Assembly (NCBI GenBank): GCA_964252035.1
Contig: OZ176200.1
DNA from: Podarcis erhardii
Lineage: Eukaryota
DNA length: 64,000 bases
Reading direction: 5' to 3' (one strand)
Below, piece after piece: positions 27,401-39,300 of this stretch. Within the stretch, counting starts at the first letter, position 1, and each line of letters opens with the position of its first letter. The notes under the pieces were generated by a model. The model did not search any database and was not told the origin of the DNA. It worked only from the letters and a program-made list of their open reading frames with translations. The translations under genes were made by a program, and so were the position numbers.

Positions 27401-30318
27401 TCCCGCCAGAGCTGTACCTATTTATCTACTTGTACTTCATGCTTTTAAGCTGCTAGGTTGGCAGGAGCAGGGACTGAGCAACGGGAGCTCACCCCGTCAC
27501 GGGGATTCGAACTGCCAACCTTCTGATCGGCAAGCCCTAGGCTCCGTGGTTTAACCCACAGAGCCACCCGCATCCCATATATCCCATATATATGGCATTG
27601 TTACTGTGAGCATGAGCTCACTAAATCTAATGAAATTTTTATTCAGTGGATATCCATGTATTTTTTTCTTGGTTGTCTGTGCACAAAAGTATATAATGTC
27701 CCTTCTATTCTCTCACTAACAATTTATTGTTGAATGTGTTTGACTTGCACCTATTCTATCCTATGAACAGTGGGATGCACTGTAAGATTAAAAATTGCAA
27801 TAACGTGGTTTTTTTTTTAAGGAAGTTGCTATGGTCAGTTTGCTAGCATACCTTCTTCAGAAGCCAATTCAGGACACAGTATTTCAAAGCAAATAAAAAC
27901 AACTTCTAGCAAGTGGGGAAGAGCCTTCAGAAAAATGTTTGATATTTAGAGGAGTGTGTTTGGACAGCATGGTAAAAGAATGCACCAGTTGAGCTATTTG
28001 GGGCATCTGAAAGGGCATGTCCACCCAACACATTCCTCTTCCCTGGGTTCTATGCTTTAATGTGCATCAGAAGTCCTTCCAAGGGAGCATTTCTTCCTCT
28101 GTGCAGACTGCACAGCCCATGCATATTTACAGTTCCCCACATCCCCCATGCTGGCAAGTCAGGGGGCGTGTGGGCATGCATAAATCATTAGCAGAGTATT
28201 CATCCAAAGGAGGAAAATGGCTGGAGGCAAAGGGAAGAGGGTTCATACACAGAGCAGTCTGTGGTGCAGAAATACTGGATCAATTGGCTGACAAAGGTGA
28301 TGCCAGAGGGGAGCAAACATCCCCTGCCTCCCAGCCTGCCCCCACCATGCTTATCCATGCTTCCTTTTGTCCTGCTGCTTCCCCGCCCTCCCTGTCCTCC
28401 AGAAAACTACTCAATCAGAGCAAATAGCAATTCGGGTGTTTTCCTCATTGACATTTGCTCCAGTTTAGCACTAAAGAGTGGGCTTTCCCTGGGAAAGGAG
28501 CGTATCAAGCAGAAAACCACTCAGACCTGTGCTTAATAGGCATGGAACAAGTCTACAAACCCTTCCTGACTTGTGCTCCCTTGGCATTGTGCTGCGTCTT
28601 CATGCTGTTCCCTTTCTAATGCATCTTTCAGCACCTTTGCTGCTACCCTTCTCGTGTCTTCTCCAGCCTGAACCAACACTCAGCTCCTCCTCACCTTGTC
28701 TGACATAAGAGTGGAGATGGAACGTCCGATCTCATGGTAGTCCATGTTGGACTGGCTTGGCCCCAGCAAGACAAAGATGAAGCGAACAGGGATTGGGACT
28801 TCCAGGACTGACTCCAAGAACACAGCCTCATTCAAACGGACAAAAGCCATTGTTGGTTGCTCAAGGAACTGAACACAACCTATCAGGAAGGGAAGCATAA
28901 GACCATGATGATCAGTGTGGAAGCAACAAGCTTCTGGGTTCAGGAAGCATGCTCCAGGTTTAGGGAGACTTGGCAAAATGACACATATGAACACACTTAG
29001 GGCATGTCCACACTTCCCCTTGTCCCGTGCTTTCTAGGCATGGTTGCAAGTGGTTTTGCATTTGCCCTACAGCTTTCCCCTGGAAAATATGCTTTTTATG
29101 GCTGAACTGGAACAAACAGCAGTCTGCAGAAAACCCGATTTCCTTTTGGTCCAATTTGGAGGTAAGCTGTGGGTTTTCCCAGGAGAAAATGGTGGGGCAA
29201 ACAGAGATGTGGATGAGCCCTTAGCTGCAAGTACCACCTGGCAGTGCCCTCTCTACAACACCTGCTAACAGTGGGCAGTGTGAGTAACACAGGATGCAAC
29301 ATCTGAGTATGCAGAGTTTGAGGTTACTGCCCCATTCCCTATTTTTGCAGAAGTGGGGAAGACTGTAGCTGAAAAATGACATCTCCATTAATGAGGTGAT
29401 CTTGATCTAATTCTGAAGCCACCTCAACAAAGCCAAGGGCCAAATTCAGAAGCTTCTCTGGAGTTCCCTCCATCCATACCACAGCTAAGCAGAACCTACT
29501 AGAGAATTGTCTTTTCACTATCAAGAACCTCTGACTGACCTAGAAATTCTGAGCAAGTTTACAAGCAATCCTATACTTGAGTTGCTGTAACTGAGGGGCT
29601 ATAGTACCTGACAGAAGCTCGATTATACTGACAAAATGCAAAAGATGCTGCTGTCACGACAAGCACAGCAGCAGAAAACTTCAAATATGCTGGCCAATAC
29701 ATTTTTTTGCCTTTGCCAAGACAGTTTTCAGCCAGGCATATGAAAGGTGAGTGGAGCCATATTACCAGTACTTCTCCTACCCCATGGTGGGGTTTGAACC
29801 CCTCCCCACCTGGGCTGAGAGAGTATAGGTTAAGATGGCTGCTCCACCAGTGTAGCAGCAGCACCGAACCCCTGAACTCCCCATTAGATAATGCCAGGAA
29901 AAGGAAGAATGTTACTGTTGTTAAAACCACAGGTCTCCTGATGTAAGCCTGCTCAAGGCCTCAGTACTAGATTTTGGCTCAGGGCTCCTTACCAACAAGC
30001 ACTACAGTAGCCTCTGCATCATCGGGAATCTTCTCCATCAGCTTGAGATATTTGTGACGATGTCCCTCAGAGCTGTGAAGGTGCATGTTTTTCTGTCTCA
30101 ACAACAAAGGTTCTCATTAGCCAGGGCTGCCTATGAAAACATTTACCCCCCACACTGTTGGAGTGCCACTTGGCTCTCTAAATGAAAGGGCCATAAAAAG
30201 ACAGGCTGCATTCTAAGTCCAATAGTTTTCCTGCTGCTCTCTGATTCTAAATGCTCATTTAAGGCAAATTTAGAAATCGATTGTTTTGGCATACGTATGC
30301 TATAACATTCATTCACTC

Positions 30319-30358
<40 letters not shown>

Positions 30359-33300
30359 TGAAGTTGTGTGTTTTTTACAATCAAGTGATATATATACATC
30401 GTAATAAAAATGAAGAAAATTCAGAGAGTTCCTAAGCCTTTAGGCCAATGACTCCCACAAGTATTTCCCCCCACCTCTTGACCAATGCCACTTCTCTTAC
30501 TTTTCCTTGTTCCTTCCCTGTGACCAGCAGAAATAAAGTAAGCTGTGGAAAACATTGAAATCTCTGCACCTTGCTTTGAATTCATTATTTCTTAGCAAGG
30601 CCCAGTTAGTAATGAAGGTCTCAGTGTTTTCTTTAGCTCACACAGAGATTTCACTCTACTTATCGTACTTTTCTGAGTATAAGACTAGACATTTACTTTT
30701 CTGTGTATAAGACTAAACATTTACTAAAAAAATGTTTACAAGGGGGGTAGTCTTATACACGGGGGCAATCTCTCCCCCATTTTCTTAATTTTAAGTCCCC
30801 CAAAATAGGGAGCGTCTTATACATGGGGGTGTGTTATACACGGAAAAATACAGTACTCTTCAGAACAATTCAGCTCTCCATGCCTGTTCCTCACTCACCT
30901 CTCTATAATCAGGGTCATGGATTCTGGGCTCTGTCATCTCAATGCGCTCTTCCCCCATCAATGGCATGCATGTGTCAACTGCATGGTTGTGGTGGTGATG
31001 GTGGTTTCCTACCATAGAGTTCATGCTGGAGTTGGATTGGTTCCGGGGAAAGAATACATCCTTTTCATCATTAGGGTGGCTGAAGAAATAATGCGGATGT
31101 TAAAGGAACTACAGGACAGTGGCCAGCTTTCTTCGGCTAAAGTTTATTGCAGCTCAGAGCTTGACCAAAATGAAAATATGCCTTTCACATCATTTATTCC
31201 TGTTGTGTCCACAGCAACAAATCCCTGCTCATCTATTTCCCTGCTTCCGTATCCCCATTTTCCTGACCTTTATATACCACAAAGTCCTGGTCTCCCTGCC
31301 CATATATATCTTAAGCTATGAGCTTCTTTCATCACCACAACTTCACTTAGAGATATCCATTTCACTACCCTAAGACAGCCAACATCTTTATGTATCTCTA
31401 GTTCCTAAGAGGACTTCAGGAACCTCATCAGCTCCACACCAAAAAATTATCTTGTTCTCACCCACCTCCCTCTTGCCATTCCTGGTCTTTTTGTGCAGTC
31501 TTTTATGTATTTATACCACTGTTCACTCTTCCTTAACATTCAGCAGCTCTTCCACATGTGACCCTGCCACTCAAAGCCCAACCTGCTGTCTTTCTCATGC
31601 CAGCACATTACTTACCTGTGCTTGAGCAGCAGGGCCCTGAGCACATTGGCTCTGTCTTCGGCCTTGATCTGGTCTGATATTATCATGGTTTCTACCACCA
31701 GGTGAGCAATGCCAGGTAATGTTGTTTGCTCCAGGTCCAACAGAACAGCTCCTGGGATCAGGAAGACCAATAGGTTTAGGTCATGTAAGATCATTGAAGA
31801 GATTTCTCAGGCACAAAGTATCTCAGACTGTTGTCTCCTATCATTTTTCCTGTGCAAAGGAAATTTTAGCTCATACCACTTTGCTTCTGACAGCAATAAC
31901 AGTACTTTATCTCAATGACTCAGGGCATTATGTTGCTCACTCACAAAAATGTATCTGTACCCCACTGCATGGGATTTCACACATCACTTAATCTCCCATG
32001 GGGTATTTCTCCCTCAACAGGACTTTCCCCCTCACCTTCCCACCCCACATCCTAAACCTGTTCTAGGGGCTCCCTCAACCATCCAGAGCAGATTTAGGGG
32101 GCATAGGGAGTGCACAGGAGGAGGAGGAGGGAAGTCCCATTGTGCAGGTGGACCTCATTCTTTGCACGCAATAACTTAGTTGAATCCTGCCCTAAATCTT
32201 CAATTGGATCTGAACCTCTTGTGAGAAAAAGCAAACCTTTTTGGTGGCCTCCTTCTTAGCCCAAGACTTCAGTGTTGCACATTCAGCTGCAGGACCAGGC
32301 TGCCATGAATGATGGAAAAGATATCCTGGCAATCAGAAGACAACCCACAATTGTCTACCATTCTCTCTCTTTCCCTTGAGAGAGTCTGAATCATGAGAGA
32401 TCTTGTTGATTTGTGTCTTTTGTTTGCAGGTTGGGATATGGCTTTTATCAAGGTCTTGTCAACATACATCTCAGGACAAAAGCCCAGCCCCACCTTGGTT
32501 ACTCACCATGGGCAATAGTCTTCCTGAGCTCCAGAAGGCTGCGAAAGGACAGTGAAGCCACATGAGGCTTCCCCCATCGTGCTGTGTCCTCCTCCACATC
32601 CTCCTCAAATTTGATCCAGCGCGCTGTCTCCTTCCAGTGCATGTCCTGGTTCTTCTCCACCACTAATTCATTCAACTCCACAAATACCTGTCAGAGGAAA
32701 GAAAGGGAACTGAACTGCAGCTGCTTCCTCTGCCCAAGTTCTTTCATGAGAATAGCCTACCTAGCACCTATTGCTGTTGTGGGGTGGTGCTCTTTAGCTC
32801 TGTCCTCTTAGCACTAGAAATCCCTGCTGATGACAGAATGCTTAAGACCTGCTATGAGAGAATAGAGATAACTTCAGAGGAAATATGTGCCTGCCTTCAT
32901 CCTGTGGATCTGATACAGCCTATGGGCCAAGCGTACACAAAGAATATAACTGGAGGAGGTCTAGATTCATATTATCTCAACTGTCTCTAAAGATTTAGGG
33001 CTCATCCACACTTCTGCTTTCCCTCAGGGAAAATTACTTGGACCTGTGCTTTCTAGGCATGGCACAAGCAGAAAATGTGAATGAACCCTTAGTTTCCCCT
33101 TCCAGGCCAGCCATTTCTCCTCTTGAAATAGGGCATCTTGTATCAAGGGAGACCCAAAGAACACAGATTAGGATAAGACTACTTACCTATACTCTGTAGA
33201 CACTGCTTCAGCCTCACTTTTGGGTCACACAGTCTTATAATGACTATAATTACTGCCTCTGTGGGAAGCAATTCACCAGCAGGCAACATGGCCAGCACCT

Positions 33301-36300
33301 GATTGAAGCTACCAATTTTGCCTGTAGATTGTGAGGTCTCCACAAGGCAGGGCCATTACCTCGTGGGGTTTCCTGTCAAGCTTCTTCTTCTTCTTCTTTT
33401 TCTTGACAGACTGTGAAGTCAAAGACTTTTTGCTGCTTCTGGTAGTCTGGCTCCGGGAGGGTTTCTTAACCAGATGTCTTCTTACTCCTGGATTATCTTC
33501 AAAACGGTGGCCTAGAAAAAAGGCAGGGCAGGAGCAAGGGCAAGCAGAAGAATGAAGGGAAAAGCAACTTGTCCTTCTGTAGCCAAGGTTGTCTGTATGC
33601 CATGACTACAGCCATGGGAGCATAGTCAGAAATCTGAGCAGCTCAGCTTTCAGCCCCATGTTTCTAGCCCTAAGAGATGGGTAAGCAATACTAGGTGAAA
33701 ACTTAGCAGTCAGAAGAGGGATGAGCAAAATTTCTGCTAGCTCAAGCTGGGGCATGGAGGCAGCATTCTGCATAGCTCCTTCCTTCCTCAGCATGTCTAT
33801 AAGAAACAGAATGAAAAATGAGCTTATTCATTTTAATTTGCTTAACACAAAACACAGAATTAAGCTTTTCTCAGTACACAGCTTGGATAACCTGGGCATG
33901 GACTAGGGGTGTTATGTTTCCTTTTTAAAGTAGAGCATACACAGCCCCTCTCTTTTCAGGATTCTGTGGTCTCAAGGTAGCTATGAAAATGTCCCACAAG
34001 GAGCCAGGCCACTGATCTATCTTGATCAGTACTGTTTACTCCAAAAGGCAGCAGCTCTCCAGCCCTTCTACCTAAGATGCTTCTAACAGGAGATGCTGGA
34101 TGCTGAACCTGGGGTTTTCTGCATGCAAAACAAATGCTCTACCACTGAGCAATGGCCCCTCTCTGTCCTTGTCTTACTCTACATTCTGACTGTGAAGCAG
34201 TTTGCAACACAGCTAGGAAACAGAGGCTTTATTCCCACACATTTGTCCCTGAACACTCTACTTGAGCAGGTGCAGGTGCTTATGCAATAGATCTCTATCT
34301 CAAGAGAGGCACAGATGACTACTGTGATATACTCCATGAAGCATGGCAAAACCTCTGCTCAGCTACAATTTGCTGTTGCTGTTTGTTTTCTGGAAGCTGC
34401 AGGAACAATGCCAAGGCAGTGGGGGCACATAATGTGCTTATCTGTGGCTGCCAGGGAGTGGGGTTTTCAGGGCTTTGTAAGTGACAGTATAGGAAGGGAA
34501 TTTTATTGTATCACAGGTATACAGGCACACCCTTTATTATTTTATCTATTACATTTTTTATCAACATCTTCTCCAAGAAGCTCTGGCAGTACACAGTATT
34601 CTCCTGCTCCCATTTTATCCTCACCACAACCTTGTGAGGCAGATTAGGCAGTGAGTGACTGCCCCGTGGTCACCTTGTGAGCTTTGTAGCTGAGTTGGCA
34701 TTTGAACCCGGATCGTCCTAGTCCTAGCCCAACACTGTATCAGGCTGACTCTCCCCACAGCAAACATCTTGACATCTGATTGTCATACTTTTGAAATATT
34801 ATAATTTGCCCCCTCTGATCAGCATGTTTTTGGAAAACAGTCCACATTTTAGAAGAACTAAATATTCATATACATATGTGTGCTGTTTGCATATTATCAC
34901 ATAGTGACAAGATCATTCATATAACTGCATAGTTTAGAATACACAAGGCTGAACTTGGTTTCACAAGATGAGATGTTACAGAGCAAACTTTATTCTGTTT
35001 TGCTTTGTGGTTCCCTCACATAAATAAATAAAATACCTAGGGTGTAATCTATCAAAGGTTAAGAATGCAAAAGCCCTGCAGGATGAGACGAAAGGCCCAC
35101 CTAATCCAGCATCCTGCTCTCAGGGGCCTGCCAGATGCCTATGGGAAACCCACAAGTACAACATGGGCTCTCTCACCATACATGTCCTCCAGCAAATGGT
35201 ACTAAAAGGCATGCCGATACTGAAGACAGCACACAGTGATCATAACTAGTAGCCACTGATAACCTCATCATTAATTTGCCTAAACCCCTGTCCAAGTTGG
35301 TGGCTGACTTTATATTGGATGGCAGCAAATTCCACAGGATAGCTATGTGAAGAACCTCCCCATATTTAGCCTCATTTAAAGTACTTTGAGATGGAGAGGA
35401 AAATTTTTCTGCATCCACCTTCTCCTCACCATGACTATACCTCTATCATATTCCCCATTACTTACCTTTTCCCCAGCTAAAAAGCCTCAAATGTAACCTC
35501 TCCTCCAAAGGGAGTTATTCATCACCACTCCCCCCTCCTTGATCATTTGGTTATCTTTTTCTGCTCTTTTTGCAGCTCTATAACAACCTTTTTTGAGGTG
35601 AGGTGACTAGAGTATACAGTGCTCCAGGTGCAGTTGCACCACAGAGTATTGTAACAGCATTATCAAACTGGTAGTTTCGTTTTCAATCTCTTTCCTAATG
35701 ATCTCAAACATGGAATTCCCTTTTACCAGCTGCTGCACATTGGGTTGCCATTTTAATTGAGCTCTGCACCGTGACCTCAGGATCTCTTTTCTGGTTAGTC
35801 ACTGTCAGTTCAGCCCCTAGAAGTTAGGGTGGAGGAAATAGCCTAATGTGCATCACTTGATGCTTGCTGAAATTAAGCCTCATTTGCTATTTTACTCATG
35901 TCCAGTGTGGAGCTTTTGGAGCTCCTCACAACTGCTTTTTGCTTTTACCACCCTGGACAATTTGATGTCACCACACTCTTCATTCCAGATCATTCATGAA
36001 CAAGTTTAAAAGCAACTTTTTTCTGCCTTTCTGTTCTCCCACATCAAAAAGCAGGCAGTGTTTAAGATAATGTCTGCCAATGTCTAGTAAGGCCTTGGGA
36101 GCTAACGCTAGAGCAGACATTCTCATGCCATCAGTTCAAATGCTATAGTTGAGGGCTTCTCTGACCTAAAATGGGAGCTGTGGTGTGGTCTATCTCAGAA
36201 AACAGCTGAGAGGGGTTGATTAAGTTAATGGTTCTTGCCAAGGGCAACTGTTCAGGGGTTCTCATTTTTCCCCAACAGCAGTGGAATTACTGAAAGGTAG

Positions 36301-39300
36301 CATAAATTATGAGCAATACAGCACTTCTGGACAGTATTGCCCAAGTGTTCTCAAGATAGTTCAGCTATCCATGCCCTCTTTCTATTCTGCATCTACTTTT
36401 AATAAATCTTGGGAGTATGAAATGCAGTAGAATCATAGAATCATAGAGTTGGAAGGGACCCCAAGGGTCATGTAGTCCCAACAGCTTGCAATACAGGAAT
36501 CTCAGCTAAAGCATCCATGACAGATGGTCATCCAACCTCTGTATAAAAACTTCCAATGAAGAAGAGTCCTCCACCTCTCATGAGAGTCTGTTCCACTGTC
36601 AGACAGCTTACTATCAGAAAGCTCTTCCTGATGTTGTGTCTCCTTTCTTGTAATTTGAATTGATTGGTTCAGGTCCCAGCCTCTGGAGCAGGAGAAAGCA
36701 AGCTTGTTCCACGTGACAGTCCTTTAGATTTTTGAAGATGGTCATCATATCTCCTCTCAGTCTCCTCTGCAATGCTAGGATTCACTCCCCTGTTCCACAT
36801 TCTCATGGGAAGGACCATTTTACAGCCTGACACCTTGGGAATCTGGGTCACTAACACTGCAATTCTATGCATGCTTACCTCAGTGTAAGTTCCATTGAAC
36901 TCAATGAAGCTTGCTTCTGAGTAGACATATACAAACTGCACTGTAAATTAAATATAAACAAAATCTATACATTGCCGGAGGGATTTTCCTCCCACTGGCT
37001 GTGCGCCTGATTTGAGGCCTGTTGACAGCTGGATACCACACCATCCCATTTACAGCTACATAAGAGTGACAAAAACCAATAAGTGCTCATCAATACTAAT
37101 GCACTCTTGCTGCTTGGAGCTGCTATTCTGGGGTCATATTATATGTAGTGCTCATAATTTCTATAGGCAAGTTGTACAGTTCATCTGGAGACAGAAATCT
37201 GAGGGCAAATATATGTGTGATACAGGTGTATAACTCGTGTACTTGTGTAAAATGTATAAAGCATGTCAGGTGGAATTGTTTGACTATTATAAACATAGAG
37301 AATAATATTAGCCTACTCACATGTCAGTCACATACATCTGTGTCCCCCTCCCATGCCTGACATCCCCTTGGAGAGGGATTGAGCAGTGCAGACAGAAGTC
37401 GAGTTTGGTGCTTCAAGAACAAACAGATCTGATGTGGGAGGTCCATAATAAGATCTCCTGCCTTCTTAAAAAAAATATTAAATGGCATCTGGTAGCTGTA
37501 ATTCTGATTGCAGCAGTTTTTGGGGAAAGGAGATTTAACTCTCTTCCCCCAGTGCTGTTTTATTGATGTAAAACCCTTCTGCCCTTAGCACCACACAGGG
37601 AAAGTACATGTATCTGTATGGTGCCTATATTCCACCCCCTCAAAAGGGCCGATAGCAGCTTTAAATTGTAGGATTTAGACATGCTCTAAATCAGCCAGAA
37701 CTCCAATGAGCAGCATGGAAAACATTCCTTCTATACGTCCCAAGATCAGAGCTGCTCACTTATTTCTCTCACTATGTATTCATGATGGAAATTGACCTGG
37801 GAGGCTGTGGGCCCCAAAGGAAAGTCTTTGGATAAATAAACACTGCAAGCCCCCACTCTGCTTCCCAGCCTGGGTTGACTCAATTCTAGCAAGTACACTA
37901 TGTGGTTCTGTCCAGCACTGATAATAGGAACTCCTGGGTGATAAATTAAGACCCAGGGTTTTCTGTGCCACAATATGGTTTTAGTGCATATGAGTAGGAT
38001 TACAAGATGTGTGTTTCACTGTGAGTGTGTCTTCAGTAGAACCAGCATACGTTGCACTTTATAACATATGTTATAACATTATGCCCATGTATCAGGATAA
38101 ACAGCTTTATGATTTCTTCTTGTGAATGTAACATCCCATGCCAACCCTGATTTGGTTTGGTTTAGTTTTTATGTGCTTGTCTCGTGACAGTTTATTTTTT
38201 TACTTGGGTTATATGGATAAAAATCAACGAAAATAGTTTCAAAAAAAAGAACAACACGACGCTCGTGTAACTGTAACCAAAAGCCGTATTTCTAGAAAAT
38301 ACAAATTACAACCTAGAACCAAACTGCAAAATCATGAGCGCAACTATTTGTGTATGAATGAGGAAGTATACACTGCCATTGAGTGTCTTCAGCCTCCCAT
38401 CCTTTGTAGATTTGTACAGATAGACTCCATGCCAAAATAACACAAATGCCTGAAAGTATGTTTATGGGATAGGGCAAGGTATAACTTCCCTGTGCTCTGT
38501 ATCTACCCAGGGGTAGACAGGATGACCAGATGCAAAGAAGGACAACAGTCCTGTACCTTTAATAATTCTGGAGAAGGATTTATTTTATTTTATTTTTTGC
38601 TAATTGTCACACAGGGATGAGATTGTCTGCACAACTATTAAAGGTCTTGACCTCTTTTGAACCTGGTCACCCAATCAAGACTAGACTCTAAGCATAGTTG
38701 AGATCAGGTTGTGTGAGGAAATGTGCATATGTGCGCGCATAAGTCTCAGCAGGTACTTACGGGTGGGGTCCAAGTTAGGATAGCCCAAGTGGTTCTGGAT
38801 GGCCTCCCATAGGTCATAGTCTTCAAAGTTGAGCGCAAACTCCTCAAAGTCCTCATAGCCAAAAGAGTTACCGACACAGATGGCTATCCCTACTTCTGAG
38901 CTGTCTCCTACTCCTGTCTCCTTCACTGCATCCTCTCTGTCTGGAACAGCCATTGCTATGTCCTTAAGAAGGTGGGAGTCGAGGGGCATGTGACAATCAC
39001 AACATTGGCAAGGAGCAGGATTTAGCAGGTGGACCCTTTTTCTGACTGAAGCTCTTCAGGCAGCACACAATCCAGGAAGCTGCTAGGTTCAGTATTCAGG
39101 ATTTCTTCTGACAGGATTTGAGAGGAAATGCCAGCATATGTCATCTAGGCAAGTGAAAAGTGTAAAGACTTCCCCTGCTTGCTTGGAGTCCAAGGGAGCA
39201 TATATGTATCCTTGCTCGCTGCCACAGCTCAGTAGGAAGTTTGCTGTAGGAGATCCAATACATGTGCTGCTGGAAGAGGTTTCTTGGCTTGTGGCACTGC

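Noticed and set aside
34080-34165. tRNA-like T-loop sequences (gaacctggg...accactgagc); also near 2350, 45740, 58260 and 59110
   Set aside because: These are decayed tRNA-derived SINE heads; none folds into a complete cloverleaf.
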